This document shows positions 1 to 9,866 of a stretch of 64,000 nucleotides of DNA, piece by piece (positions within the stretch are counted from its first letter, which is position 1; each line of letters opens with the position of its first letter). Made by a program: the position numbers and the translations under genes. The stretch is from a phage. The notes below the pieces were generated by a model, which was given only the letters and a program-made list of their open reading frames with translations, was not told the DNA's origin and searched no databases. The stretch is from the sequence record PZ452596.1. One strand, 5' to 3'.

Positions 1-605
1 CCTTTTGCCCAGAGCAGAAGTTTATAATTTCCTGGTTGCATTTTCATATTTGCCATATTGATAATGAAATTAAATGTATTTTCACCATCATAATCACCAA
101 GAGTCAAAGAATATTTAACACGGGTCAGAGCAGAATCTTCTACTTTATTAAAACCGTTAATTACGATTTTACCTTCTTTTACTGTGATAGCAATTGTATC
201 AATTTGCAGACCACGAGATACACGCAACAGTTGTTGAAGGTCTTCAGCTTTAATTTCAGTAACAACAGATGCTACCGGGAATGGAATTGGTTTATTAGGA
301 GCAACTACTGTACTCGGATCGGCTGCTGGCCAAAAAATTGTTGAACGAGCATCAGCAATTTTAATATTTCCATCTTCTGACTGGGAAATTTCTGCATCAT
401 CATTAACTAGAGACAGAATACCGAGAAAACCGTTCAAATCGTAAATTGCTACATCAAAATCAATAACGTCAGAAATATTTGCTTCCGCGTAAGTTGTACC
501 ATTAACTGCGCGAGTCATAATAAATTGACCGGATTTAAGCATAATGCCAGAGTTAATAGTAGCGAAATTTTTAAGCAGAGCAGTAGTATCTTTAGACAGT
601 TTCAT
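1..605 (-). CDS. 45: gp45 sliding clamp (partial; C-terminus runs off window start)
   Basis: Hand translation from ATG at 605: MKLSKDTTALLKNFATINSGIML..., matches T4 gp45 N-terminus from memory; no stop in window. Confidence 0.9.
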   Translation of the reverse strand, partial: MKLSKDTTALLKNFATINSGIMLKSGQFIMTRAVNGTTYAEANISDVIDFDVAIYDLNGFLGILSLVNDDAEISQSEDGNIKIADARSTIFWPAADPSTVVAPNKPIPFPVASVVTEIKAEDLQQLLRVSRGLQIDTIAITVKEGKIVINGFNKVEDSALTRVKYSLTLGDYDGENTFNFIINMANMKMQPGNYKLLLWAK

Positions 606-660
606 GTAATTTCCTTCAATTCAAATGAGATTTAATTTTATAACTAATTTAATAAAGCAA

Positions 661-1050
661 TTAACGATTAAAATCAGCCACAATTGTTTCCGCAACAATT
701 TGAGCAGCAACAATTAGACGTTCATCTGCATTACCACAATAATCATCTTCAAGACGTTCACCACATGAAGTCATAATAAATTTAGCACCGGCGTTTAGAG
801 ATTCTGTAGTATGTTTGCGCATTAGTTCAATCCATTTATTACTTACTTCACGATCGATAGCTTCATAATACGCATGACGAGCAGGTGCAGATTTAATTTT
901 GTTCTGAATAACTTCCATTGCGTTATCAGAAAGAGACAAAACCCATGCTCGACGAATTTTATTTTGGTTTTGTGGATTTGATTCAGAACGCACGTGTTTT
1001 GGCTGAATATCTTTTACATCAACAGTATAATTCACAGTAATTTTAGTCAT
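661..1050 (-). CDS. rpbA: RNA polymerase-binding protein RpbA
   Basis: 129-aa ORF between 45 and 46, size and position as in T4 rpbA. Confidence 0.75.
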   Translation of the reverse strand: MTKITVNYTVDVKDIQPKHVRSESNPQNQNKIRRAWVLSLSDNAMEVIQNKIKSAPARHAYYEAIDREVSNKWIELMRKHTTESLNAGAKFIMTSCGERLEDDYCGNADERLIVAAQIVAETIVADFNR

Positions 1051-1059
1051 AATACACCT

Positions 1060-1248
1060 TTAGTCATAATAATCAGTAACAGTCCAAGCTTCATTTCTAT
1101 TGGACATTATTTTTGTATATTCTGCTTTAAATGCATTCCTAAGCATAGATTCAGTAACTATATGCTCTTCATTAGAAAAATTATTTCTCAGAATATATCG
1201 TTTTATTTCAGGAATAGTTAATAGATGTTGTCCAGTTGAATATTCCAT
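1060..1248 (-). CDS. small hypothetical protein (45.2-like by position)
   Basis: 62-aa ORF in operon orientation between rpbA and 46. Confidence 0.5.
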   Translation of the reverse strand: MEYSTGQHLLTIPEIKRYILRNNFSNEEHIVTESMLRNAFKAEYTKIMSNRNEAWTVTDYYD

Positions 1249-1303
1249 GTTTTTCCTCCACAGAGATTATACTCTAATAAATTAAAGCATAATCTCTTAT
1301 AAA

Positions 1304-2986
1304 TTAAACCATTACAGTAAATCGACCAACTTTCTTCATTTGAAGATGCTGACCATATGCTTGCGGGTCATGGTCTCTATGTGAAATAACAAAAACATTA
1401 GTATTTTTTAAACTATCTAAAATAGTTGAAATAGCTTTTACACCTTCAACGTCGGTCGCTGAATCAAAAACTTCATCAAGAATTAGTGTGTTTATTTTAA
1501 CACCTGAAACTTTTTCAGCAATATCACGCCAAGTAAATAAAAGAGCAATATCAATTCGTGCTTTTTCACCTTGACTGAATGAAGCATAACTAAAATCTTC
1601 ACGACCACGGGATTTAATTGTCTCATTAAATTCTTCATCTAATGTAAACACATAATCCGCTTCCATTATTTTAAGATAATGGTTAATCTGCTTATTAAAT
1701 AATGGAATGTACTTTTTAATAATAGCACCTTTAATACCAGAATCTTTGAGCATATCAGTCAAAATTCCTCGGTGGTATTTTTCCATTACTAAATTAGTTT
1801 TTGTCTTAACAATTTTATCAAGTTCTTCTTGAAGCAATGCTATTTCATCAGCGTGGTCAATAAACTCAGAAGATGCTTTTTCTATAGCCGCTTTAACTTT
1901 TTTAGCTTTATCTACCGTCGTGATTAGAGATTGCTTTTTATTGCGAATATCATTTGCCAACGACTGTTGGGTTTTAATATTATCTCGGTATTCATCAACA
2001 AGAACTTTTAAATTATCACGATGCGTTGAAAGCTGTTCAAATGAATGTGTGCATTCAGAAACTTTATCTTTAATTTTAGAAACAACTTTATCACCGGAAC
2101 TTAATTGTGACAAACAGGTTGGGCATAATCCACCTTCGTGATACATATTAATGACTTTATTATACGAGTCAATTTTTGATTTAATTAAAACTGCTTCTTG
2201 ACCGATTTTATTAAATGCATCAGTCGGGTCTTCATCCAAAACAATATTAACTAATCTTTCATTAGCTTCTTCTATTTCCGATTTTAGCGTTCTAGCTTCT
2301 TTTGCCAAATCATCATACATATTTTGAAGACGTGTAAGGTTGTCACCCGTTAATTTTTTCTGGCGTTCAACGTTATCATTATATATTTTAATTTGTTGGA
2401 TAATACTATCTTTTTTAACATCAAGCACTTGGTTTTGTGAATTTAATTCACGTATTAGTGCTTTATTAAGCTTATCCATTTCAGCTAATGTTCCTACCTC
2501 GAGCAGGTCTTCCACAAGCTTTCTTCGCGCAGGGGTCGACAAACCCATGAAAGGGGTATACCCTGCTGTACCAAGGACAACAATCTGCTTGAAACTGGCA
2601 TATGACATTCCGATAAGCTGTTCAAATTCTGCTTGGAAATCTTTACTGCTGGCAGATTCATTAAGACGTGTACCGTTAACGGTGATTTCGAAAACGTTCG
2701 GTTTTTGTCCTCTTTTGATATAGTACTTTTTCTCATCATATTCCATCCACAGTTCAACTAAAAGTTCTTTCTTATTTGTGCTGTTTATTAATTGGCCTTT
2801 CTTTACGTCACGAAATGGTTTGCCAAAAAGCCCAAATGTGATGGCTTCTAACATAGTAGACTTACCACCGCCATTTCGGCCAGTAATAAGAGTTTTTTGA
2901 ACCTTATCTAATTGAATGTCAATAGGATTTCCACCTACTGACATTATATTTTGATACCTAACTCGGTTTAGTTTAAAATTCTTCAC
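1304..2986 (-). CDS. 46: gp46 recombination endonuclease subunit (Rad50/SbcC-like ATPase)
   Basis: 560 aa; Walker A GRNGGGKSTMLEAI; C-terminal LILDEVFDS signature/Walker B; long coiled-coil middle. Confidence 0.92.
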   Translation of the reverse strand: MKNFKLNRVRYQNIMSVGGNPIDIQLDKVQKTLITGRNGGGKSTMLEAITFGLFGKPFRDVKKGQLINSTNKKELLVELWMEYDEKKYYIKRGQKPNVFEITVNGTRLNESASSKDFQAEFEQLIGMSYASFKQIVVLGTAGYTPFMGLSTPARRKLVEDLLEVGTLAEMDKLNKALIRELNSQNQVLDVKKDSIIQQIKIYNDNVERQKKLTGDNLTRLQNMYDDLAKEARTLKSEIEEANERLVNIVLDEDPTDAFNKIGQEAVLIKSKIDSYNKVINMYHEGGLCPTCLSQLSSGDKVVSKIKDKVSECTHSFEQLSTHRDNLKVLVDEYRDNIKTQQSLANDIRNKKQSLITTVDKAKKVKAAIEKASSEFIDHADEIALLQEELDKIVKTKTNLVMEKYHRGILTDMLKDSGIKGAIIKKYIPLFNKQINHYLKIMEADYVFTLDEEFNETIKSRGREDFSYASFSQGEKARIDIALLFTWRDIAEKVSGVKINTLILDEVFDSATDVEGVKAISTILDSLKNTNVFVISHRDHDPQAYGQHLQMKKVGRFTVMV

Positions 2987-3195
2987 AAAAGATTCCTTTT
3001 AATGTATCTTTTAGACCATTCTATCATATCATCATAATCTAAAAAGTATTCATCAAATTCAGCCATGCAAACAACGCCTTGTGCTGTTTTTGATGTAATG
3101 TAAATTATTCCAACATATCTAGAATCTTCTTCGATATAATCAATATTTGCTATGAATTCATCATTAATGTCAAATGTCGAAAACTTCACAGTATG
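2983..3195 (-). CDS. hypothetical protein (46.1-like by position)
   Basis: ORF between 46 and 47; start moved to ATG 3195 behind AAGGA RBS (track ORF starts at an upstream alternative codon). Confidence 0.45.
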   Translation of the reverse strand, partial: HTVKFSTFDINDEFIANIDYIEEDSRYVGIIYITSKTAQGVVCMAEFDEYFLDYDDMIEWSKRYIKRNLL

Positions 3196-3433
3196 CATCC
3201 TTAATACAAGATACAGCCATATCTCGCAATGATTTAGGTGTGTCATTATCTAAAATGTTGAAGTTAAAAGATACAGCCCAGTCAGTGCAGACCGTAACCT
3301 TTTTAATACAATTATCTTCAACCTCTAACGGTTCAAACCAATATTCAATAATTTCTTTATGCCCAATATCATCCTTTACTTCGCATTCAAAATGCTGACT
3401 CATCATAACATTTTTAAATTCATCAAAAGTCAT
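3170..3433 (-). CDS. hypothetical protein (46.2-like by position)
   Basis: 87-aa ORF, overlapping stop/start with gene 47. Confidence 0.5.
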   Translation of the reverse strand: MTFDEFKNVMMSQHFECEVKDDIGHKEIIEYWFEPLEVEDNCIKKVTVCTDWAVSFNFNILDNDTPKSLRDMAVSCIKDAYCEVFDI

Positions 3434-4449
3434 TGTGTTGCCTCTACATATAGCTGATTTGCATATTGAATAAGTGCTTCACGATCAGAATCAGTGATGT
3501 CTGGAATTGCATTAATATACTCTTCCATTAATGTCTGAAGCGATTGAACTTCAACTTCTTCACTGTCATCTGACTCAACAGAGTTATCAATCTTTGACAC
3601 AACTCGTAATGAATGCACAACTTTTTCTAGTTCAGATTCGAACTTCGTCAGATTTTTGTCTACTTCAGTTACTATAACACGTACTGATAGATTTGTAAAA
3701 TCTTTATAGTCAATTTTTCCCTTAAATGGATAATGAATTCGACGATGCCAGGTAGTGTTGTTTGGAATAAATTCCATTCGTTCTGTTTCTGTATCAAACA
3801 TCCAGAACCCACGAGGGTCATTCTCGTCACCTGCAGTTAGTGTCCATGGTGTCCCAATATATCTGACGTTAGCAGCCTCAGAGATAGTATGGAAGTGACC
3901 AGACCACACCTCTTTATAAGTCTTAAGGAAATCAGGTTCAAGACCGTGAGATTTCATTCCTTTATAAAAATAAAATCCATTCAGTTCCCAATGACCAACA
4001 CAAAAAGAAGCAGATGAAGTTTTGATATGCTCAAGAATTTCACCAGTATTTTCTTCGCACATCCAAGGAATCAAATCAATCAAACACCCGTCAAAATCTA
4101 CTGTAGTAGGCTTATCATATACTTTAACATTAGGATATTTAGCCAAAAGCTCAGTAGAGGCATTTGGATGCATTACATTTTTATAGTGGAGATCGTGATT
4201 TCCTACAATAGTATGTAATGTAATTCCAGCATCATCAAGCGTTTGAACTATTTCACGGGCGAACTCCATAGTTTTGTGTGTGATTGCTTTTCGCACATCA
4301 AAAATATCACCGTATTGAATCCAGGTAGTAATTCCATTTTTCTTAGAATATTCTATTGCTTGTTTAATTCCATCAATTTGAATACCGCGAATCCACTCAT
4401 CATCAGCTTTAACGCCTAAATGCCAATCACCTAAATTTAAAATTTTCAT
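3430..4449 (-). CDS. 47: gp47 recombination exonuclease subunit (Mre11/SbcD-like phosphoesterase)
   Basis: 339 aa; metallophosphoesterase motifs (GDWHLG, GNHD, GHWE). Confidence 0.92.
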   Translation of the reverse strand: MKILNLGDWHLGVKADDEWIRGIQIDGIKQAIEYSKKNGITTWIQYGDIFDVRKAITHKTMEFAREIVQTLDDAGITLHTIVGNHDLHYKNVMHPNASTELLAKYPNVKVYDKPTTVDFDGCLIDLIPWMCEENTGEILEHIKTSSASFCVGHWELNGFYFYKGMKSHGLEPDFLKTYKEVWSGHFHTISEAANVRYIGTPWTLTAGDENDPRGFWMFDTETERMEFIPNNTTWHRRIHYPFKGKIDYKDFTNLSVRVIVTEVDKNLTKFESELEKVVHSLRVVSKIDNSVESDDSEEVEVQSLQTLMEEYINAIPDITDSDREALIQYANQLYVEATQ

Positions 4450-4586
4450 ATATCAAGAACCGTCATTGAAATGCAAAATAAAATTATTGAAATAAATCCA
4501 TCTGGAGTACTAAAGAACCCAATCCAACATGCTCTAGTGAATAGATAAAATGCAAGAAAAAGTATCACATATCCAAGAAATATCAT
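4446..4586 (-). CDS. small hydrophobic protein (47.1-like)
   Basis: 46-aa ORF MIFLGYVILFLAFYLF..., stop overlaps gene 47 ATG (ATGA); below ORF-track size cutoff. Confidence 0.4.
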   Translation of the reverse strand: MIFLGYVILFLAFYLFTRACWIGFFSTPDGFISIILFCISMTVLDI

Positions 4587-4612
4587 TATATCAAACTCCG
4601 TATAAAGCTAAA

Positions 4613-4624
4613 GGGCCGAAGCCC
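4613..4624 (-). terminator. GC-rich tetraloop hairpin GGGCCGAAGCCC directly after a-gt
   Basis: Perfect 4-bp GC stem with 4-nt loop then T-rich tract on minus strand. Confidence 0.4.
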
Positions 4625-4625
4625 T

Positions 4626-5828
4626 TTATTTTGTAATAATGTCAAACTGTTCTTTAAAACAGAAGCTTGAATCTTGATGCTGATACAAAAATTCATATGC
4701 TTTTTCTCGCTCACGGTCATAAAGAGCTCGGTCAGATGACAGTTCTTTAATACGCTCGAATGTTGATTCCATATCATTTTCATCAAACCAAACGATACCG
4801 CTATCATGCGAGGTCAAAGGAGTATTATCAACACGGAATTTTAAATTTTCGCCAGTAGATTTCCAAAATACCGGAATTGTTCCACATGCACCAAGCTCGA
4901 GATGAGTATATTCTAAAGAACGTTGTAGATATTTTTTATCCAACTTACTCAACTGATAACCAAATCCGGATTTACTCATACGTTCAAGCATTTCGCTATT
5001 TACATAACGGTCAAGAATTTGCGTTGGCAAATTAGGAGCAATTTTAATTTGGTCTACTTGATGAAGACGATAATACTCGTATGGAATTCCTTTTTCTTTA
5101 ATAGGAATGAACGCTGGAGAACGTTCCAGACCTTCCATAATAGTACTTAGTCCTGCAGGTTTAAGATGTTTTTCGTGAAAATCAAACATCTGATAAAAAC
5201 CTTTCCATGTAGTCGTACGACCAATCCAACGGTTGATATTCATGTTAATTTCAGAAACATCTTTCCAGTAGGTTGATCGAACCTTTGCAATATCCATCGG
5301 AGGCTGAAAGTTATATACGGTCGGTGCTTCTTCAATATCATCAAACAGAGAAACAGTTTCTGGATACCATTCTTTCATCAGAACTTTATTAAAATCACCA
5401 TTATCAGAATGGCTAAAAATAACATCAGCTCGACGAACAGTTTCTTCTAATCCCAAATTTCGGCGCAAAGAAAGAGAAGAATGGTCATGTTGATAAACTA
5501 CAACACGAACCGAAGGTTTAATGTTATCAATAATTTTTTTATAGTTATTAATAGTGTCTTCTTCAACTGAAGTAGCAGGAACTGAATTGATAATTAGAAT
5601 ATCACAATCATTTACCAGCTTAAGTGTTTTATCGTATTCTTTTGCCAATAAAACCGGAATTGAAAATGATTTATAATCATGCGCGCAATTACGAGTAAAT
5701 GATTTATCTTTAGCATAAACCAAAGTTACTTCATGACCATTTTTAATAAACCAATCACGTTGCTCAAGAGAAAATTTAGTTACACCGCAACCTTCAAGAC
5801 CTCGAGCCATAAAAATACATACTTTCAT
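4626..5828 (-). CDS. a-gt: DNA alpha-glucosyltransferase
   Basis: 400 aa; N-terminus M.VCIFMARGLEGCGVTKFSLEQRDWF matches T4 alpha-gt as recalled. Confidence 0.9.
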   Translation of the reverse strand: MKVCIFMARGLEGCGVTKFSLEQRDWFIKNGHEVTLVYAKDKSFTRNCAHDYKSFSIPVLLAKEYDKTLKLVNDCDILIINSVPATSVEEDTINNYKKIIDNIKPSVRVVVYQHDHSSLSLRRNLGLEETVRRADVIFSHSDNGDFNKVLMKEWYPETVSLFDDIEEAPTVYNFQPPMDIAKVRSTYWKDVSEINMNINRWIGRTTTWKGFYQMFDFHEKHLKPAGLSTIMEGLERSPAFIPIKEKGIPYEYYRLHQVDQIKIAPNLPTQILDRYVNSEMLERMSKSGFGYQLSKLDKKYLQRSLEYTHLELGACGTIPVFWKSTGENLKFRVDNTPLTSHDSGIVWFDENDMESTFERIKELSSDRALYDREREKAYEFLYQHQDSSFCFKEQFDIITK

Positions 5829-5881
5829 TTAATATCCTCTTTGTTTTGGTTTATTTTACCAAAAATTTATAAAGCAATATA

Positions 5882-5895
5882 GGAGCCGAAGCTCC
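5882..5895 (-). terminator. hairpin GGAGCCGAAGCTCC upstream of a-gt
   Basis: Perfect inverted repeat with GAAG-type loop. Confidence 0.35.
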
Positions 5896-6071
5896 TATCC
5901 GCATAATACGCCATACAGAGGCTCATTAGAGCTTCTAAATTTTATGCGCTTATATGTTATAGTTCCTTCTGCTTTAGCTTTATCATGAGACTCTTTAAAG
6001 CGTCTCATCATTTCCTCTTTAGAGGAACGAATTTTATTATAATCTATTTCAGAAGTCTGGGTGTTCATCTT

Positions 6072-6278
6072 TCATAACTGCCACCATTTTTTGACTTGAT
6101 AAGAATCAACCCACACTTTCATATTAGGGTCTGCTCTTACAATAGGAGGATTAACTTCTTTAATTGAACTATCATGGTATTCTTTTTCAGAAATTTTCAC
6201 ACAAAGATGACCATTCAAAGATTCAGTAAATCCTGCATTAATTTTAAGACGCTTGAATTTTACGTGTGTAAGCATCAA
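6072..6278 (-). CDS. hypothetical protein
   Basis: 68-aa ORF in operon orientation between a-gt and 55. Confidence 0.45.
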   Translation of the reverse strand: MMLTHVKFKRLKINAGFTESLNGHLCVKISEKEYHDSSIKEVNPPIVRADPNMKVWVDSYQVKKWWQL

Positions 6279-6561
6279 TCATATCCTCAATCTGCGATCT
6301 AGTAGTCTTCCAAAGAATACTGATGAGTTCATCGTTATATGGCTGTTTTAGAATATCCCGACTTTTCTTGATAGCATATTCGTATTGAGCAAAATTATTA
6401 TTTTCAGCTGCAATCTGAGCGTGCTTATAAAGACGATTCAGTTCACGTTTGTTTTTAGACAATAACTTATTTGCTTTTCTTTCTGCTTCAAGACGGTTCT
6501 TTTCTTCAATAGAAGAAATAAGCTTTTCCACTTCATCATTAATTTCGGGTTTATCAGTCAT
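6244..6561 (-). CDS. hypothetical protein
   Basis: 105-aa ORF, charged helical composition. Confidence 0.5.
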   Translation of the reverse strand: MTDKPEINDEVEKLISSIEEKNRLEAERKANKLLSKNKRELNRLYKHAQIAAENNNFAQYEYAIKKSRDILKQPYNDELISILWKTTRSQIEDMIDAYTRKIQAS

Positions 6562-6562
6562 A

Positions 6563-6781
6563 TTATTTCTCTAATATAAAATAAAAATCATCATCTGTTA
6601 AATGATACCGATAGTTTAATTCTACACCATTAGATTTAAAAGCGGTATCATACGGATTTTCTGGATCAATATCAATGTCAAGAGCTAAAACTTCCCTGAG
6701 ATACATTTTAAGTAAATAGGGAATAGCTTCAACTTCAGGTATTTCTTCCAAGAATCCGGAGAGGTTAATCGTTAGCCTCAT
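6563..6781 (-). CDS. hypothetical protein
   Basis: 72-aa ORF immediately downstream of 55. Confidence 0.5.
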
Positions 6782-7322
6782 ATAAAAAATCCAAACTAGG
6801 AGAATCGTCTACAACACTTTTCTTTTCAGCCCCCGGTGTTCTATAGGTTGATTCTTCGTAATGCGTCATTTTATCATAGATGTCTTGAATAAAAGTTTCA
6901 TCTACTAACGCAACCATATCGTCGTCACGACTGTCATAGACATTGTGAACGAAGTAACTATATTTCTTTGCAACTTCCTTACGTTCTTTTTTAATACGTT
7001 GGACAAATGCATTAAAACAAGCTTGAGTTATATACGCATGTGGGTTTTTATATTTCGTTTCATCAAAATTGTGAAGCCCCTTAATAGAAGCTTCTATACC
7101 ATCTGCAATCATTTCTTGTTTCCAAGACTGGGTGTATCCTGAAAAGTTGAAACGTTTAGATAAGCCTTCTGCAATAAGCATAATGGCTAATCCGATAGTA
7201 TCATTCTGACGAACTACTTTATTTGGGTCTTTATTATTTGCTAATTCTGTTTTCCAATCAATAATAGCTTGTAAAAGCTCTTTATTGTTTACGTAATTAT
7301 ATTTAGGCTTAGTTTCTGACAT
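6765..7322 (-). CDS. 55: gp55 late-transcription sigma factor
   Basis: [23 protein letters not shown]... from ATG 7322 with AGAGGTG RBS; track ORF begins at upstream GTG. Confidence 0.9.
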
Positions 7323-7351
7323 TTTCACCTCTTAGCTCAATTCATAGATCT

Positions 7352-7387
7352 ATTATATCATAATATTTGAAGATCTATCTTAAAGCA
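7352..7387 (-). promoter_or_regulatory. possible middle promoter for gene 55 (MotA-box-like TGCTTTA plus -10)
   Basis: Minus strand reads GTGCTTTAAGATAGATCTTCAAATATTATGATATAAT upstream of 55; spacing is not ideal. Confidence 0.25.
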
Positions 7388-7402
7388 CAGAGGATGAATC
7401 AG

Positions 7403-7672
7403 TTATCTAAGTAAACAGTATGCTTGGAACACTTTCTCCATCATCTTTTTAAATTCATGAATATCTATATAATGACTAGTTAAATCAGCATGATATAAAA
7501 AGTCTAAAAACTTTTCATGTGTGCTAACATATTCACTTTCATTTAATTCAGAAACATGACTTTCCCAATATCCAACACCAGTCTTATTTGGGAAAAATGA
7601 AATTTTCATGTATTGGTCAACATAGAAAATGCCATAATTTTCAATAGTAATAGAAATATTAATAAATTTCAT
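7403..7672 (-). CDS. hypothetical protein
   Basis: 89-aa ORF, operon orientation. Confidence 0.5.
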   Translation of the reverse strand: MKFINISITIENYGIFYVDQYMKISFFPNKTGVGYWESHVSELNESEYVSTHEKFLDFLYHADLTSHYIDIHEFKKMMEKVFQAYCLLR

Positions 7673-7884
7673 ACATTCATCAACTTAGCCGCTTCAAGAG
7701 CTGCATCTAGTGAATCAAATTGGTCAACATATTCAATCAATTCGCCATAATTGGCATATAACCACCATTGGCTAAATTCATACTCAAGGATGAATCCGTT
7801 TCCTTCAATTTGAGTTAAACCAATGCCATTTGTATTTACTTCATACCCAGCAAGACGTAAATCGTTAATAAGAGCTTCGTTCAT
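7669..7884 (-). CDS. hypothetical protein
   Basis: 71-aa ORF, overlapping stop/start with neighbour. Confidence 0.5.
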   Translation of the reverse strand: MNEALINDLRLAGYEVNTNGIGLTQIEGNGFILEYEFSQWWLYANYGELIEYVDQFDSLDAALEAAKLMNV

Positions 7885-7886
7885 AA

Positions 7887-8213
7887 TTATACCTTAGTAA
7901 TTTTCAGGTCTGCAAATTTTTTCTTGCGTTGATTTTTCATGCGACGAATAGTTTTATCGGAAATTTCATGCTTTTGATAAGCTTTAGATTCTACACCAAA
8001 AGCTTTAACATCAAATTCTGACAAGATATATTGAACTAACAATTCACGGATAGTATTACGTCCAATCTTCTGTTCATTCTGTTTCATCGTCTGATGAAGC
8101 TCTTTTTCCCATTTATCCAAAATTTGAGGAGTTACAATATCGCCTTTTTCTAGCAAAGAAACTACTTTATCATATGCGAAATTATTGATGGCGTTTTTAA
8201 TTTGAATAGTCAT
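7887..8213 (-). CDS. hypothetical protein
   Basis: 108-aa ORF with basic C-terminus. Confidence 0.5.
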   Translation of the reverse strand: MTIQIKNAINNFAYDKVVSLLEKGDIVTPQILDKWEKELHQTMKQNEQKIGRNTIRELLVQYILSEFDVKAFGVESKAYQKHEISDKTIRRMKNQRKKKFADLKITKV

Positions 8214-8254
8214 ACATTATCCTCAATTACGTTAAAATTTTATTATCCAAAAAA

Positions 8255-8266
8255 GGGCCGAAGCCC
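8255..8266 (-). terminator. hairpin GGGCCGAAGCCC
   Basis: Same tetraloop hairpin as at 4613; intergenic. Confidence 0.4.
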
Positions 8267-8467
8267 TTAGCTAAACTTTTTGGCACCCTTCCAGCCTTCA
8301 TACATCATTGCGACTGACAATGACAAAGCTCCTTCACATGCTGCATACTTATTATTCCAGAACCAATTTAGAAAAACTTCATCCTCAATACCATTGTGTT
8401 TCATGTTCTGGAAAAATTTGGCGCGTTCTTCACGAAGCTTTTGCGATAACATAGATTCAGGATTCAT
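8267..8467 (-). CDS. hypothetical protein
   Basis: 66-aa ORF; start abuts upstream stop (TAAATG). Confidence 0.5.
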   Translation of the reverse strand: MNPESMLSQKLREERAKFFQNMKHNGIEDEVFLNWFWNNKYAACEGALSLSVAMMYEGWKGAKKFS

Positions 8468-8599
8468 TTAAATTTTCCAATTACCGTTTTCATCAATGAA
8501 TTTAATCCAGTCATTTACTGACCACTTAGTTGTATCACCTTTTGGAGTAACATTTAAAGTGTATAGCCCTTGCTTAAAAAGCATTCGTTTGATATTCAT
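8468..8599 (-). CDS. small hypothetical protein
   Basis: ORF trimmed to internal ATG (MNIKRMLF...) to avoid overlap with upstream gene; uncertain. Confidence 0.3.
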   Translation of the reverse strand: MNIKRMLFKQGLYTLNVTPKGDTTKWSVNDWIKFIDENGNWKI

Positions 8600-8606
8600 A
8601 ATTTCC

Positions 8607-8900
8607 TCAGCTATAACGATAACACTCGTTTGATTTACGTTTAGCAACTCGTTGAGAAGTATTATAATCAAAATCATCGTCAATGTAAACTGATTTTTTC
8701 AACTTTCTTACTTCACCACGTAATTGGCGATTTAGCTCATCTTTAACTTCTGAATCAATACCTTTCATTCTACGCCATTTATCTGAGCGAAAAATGTTTT
8801 CAACCATATCTTTATGACTTACACCGTCTGGAGCTTTACGCTTTCCAAAATAGTCATAATCACGCACTTTTAAGTCTTTACGACGATACGTTTTACCCAT
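8607..8900 (-). CDS. basic (Arg/Lys-rich) hypothetical protein
   Basis: ORF trimmed to ATG 8900 (MGKTYRRKDLKVRDY...). Confidence 0.45.
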   Translation of the reverse strand: MGKTYRRKDLKVRDYDYFGKRKAPDGVSHKDMVENIFRSDKWRRMKGIDSEVKDELNRQLRGEVRKLKKSVYIDDDFDYNTSQRVAKRKSNECYRYS

Positions 8901-9069
8901 GGAGTTTAATTTCCTTAGCAACTGAACTAAATACAGCACGATCACAAATCATACGTTTGTTCCATTTAATCACAGTATAATGAACATCTAAATCATCGAC
9001 TGCTGTAACAATAACGATATGTCCGTTAACACGATAGTACTGGTCAATTTTAATCTCTTTATCAACCAT
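8893..9069 (-). CDS. small hypothetical protein
   Basis: 58-aa ORF MVDKEIKIDQYYRVNGH... with GAGGAA RBS, downstream of promoter 9100-9129; below track cutoff. Confidence 0.4.
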   Translation of the reverse strand: MVDKEIKIDQYYRVNGHIVIVTAVDDLDVHYTVIKWNKRMICDRAVFSSVAKEIKLHG

Positions 9070-9099
9070 ATCAATTCCTCAAAGGTAATTCATATGTTA

Positions 9100-9129
9100 A
9101 TAATACCACGGTTTGAACTTGTTGTAAAC
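9100..9129 (-). promoter_or_regulatory. early promoter (sigma70-type)
   Basis: Minus strand GTTTAC, 18-nt spacer, TATTAT preceded by TGG; upstream TTTTTCACAAAGTT. Confidence 0.55.
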
Positions 9130-9210
9130 AACTTTGTGAAAAATATTTTAGGGAATGACAAGAAGGGAACGATAGCTTAGAATGGTAATATACAGAATGC
9201 GAGAAAGAAA

Positions 9211-9224
9211 GGCCCAGAGGGCCC
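9211..9224 (-). terminator. hairpin GGCCCAGAGGGCCC after nrdH
   Basis: 5-bp GC stem and 4-nt loop directly 3' of nrdH stop, then T-rich run. Confidence 0.45.
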
Positions 9225-9227
9225 GTC

Positions 9228-9536
9228 TTAATCTTCTATGATATCTCTATCATATCCAAGTGAAATGAGAGTTTCTTTGAAGTGTTTAATGTTCTTTTGT
9301 CTAGAATCATTAATGAAAATGACTGGATAACGAATGTTAAGAGATGTGAATCCAGCGCGTTTAGCAAGAGATACAATCAGTGGACGATCATACTCAATCT
9401 TACCGTTATTTGTAAGAACTTTATAGAAAGTAAAAGGAGCATTGAGCTCCTTTAGAAGTTTTGTAACTGATTGACATCCAGGACAACGACCTACTTCATC
9501 TGGAATTCCATAGACTTCAATCTTATTTTGTTTCAC
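9228..9536 (-). CDS. nrdH: glutaredoxin-like protein NrdH
   Basis: 102 aa; CPGC redox motif; position beside nrdG/nrdD. Confidence 0.75.
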   Translation of the reverse strand: MKQNKIEVYGIPDEVGRCPGCQSVTKLLKELNAPFTFYKVLTNNGKIEYDRPLIVSLAKRAGFTSLNIRYPVIFINDSRQKNIKHFKETLISLGYDRDIIED

Positions 9537-9538
9537 AA

Positions 9539-9751
9539 CTATTCCTTACTAAGAGCAGCATTCAGCTTGTTAGTAATTTTATCCAGACGCTCATTAAACT
9601 CACTAGAAGATAAGCCCTTTTCTGGAGAAATTAAACTAATCACGAAAAATATAGCAATAAAAGGAATAAGGAAAATAGCTCCAACTGCCATAAACAGAAA
9701 GAATGTTACAGTTGTAAGAAAATCAGCTAAACCTTTACGAAATTTATACAT
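9539..9751 (-). CDS. small membrane protein
   Basis: 70 aa with one long hydrophobic segment. Confidence 0.5.
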   Translation of the reverse strand: MYKFRKGLADFLTTVTFFLFMAVGAIFLIPFIAIFFVISLISPEKGLSSSEFNERLDKITNKLNAALSKE

Positions 9752-9866
9752 ATTTTACCCTTAATTGATTAACCAAGCATTGATAAGCACTAAACTATAT
9801 TGGGAATAAAATTCTGGACCAAAATGAAAAATCATATCATTTATAGTATCCATAATATAATTCAAT

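Noticed and set aside
36-3398. Plus-strand ORFs within 1-43426 (for example 36-344, 994-1221, 1920-2141, 2340-2723, 3174-3398, and further on 30146-30529 and 36539-36886)
   Set aside because: All lie antisense to longer, recognisable minus-strand genes in a strictly minus-strand region; they are AT-rich reading-frame artefacts without RBS or promoter context.
4586-4807. 73-aa minus-strand ORF overlapping the 3' end of a-gt
   Set aside because: Out-of-frame overlap with a-gt; the real small gene here is the 46-aa 47.1-like ORF (4446-4586) in a different frame.
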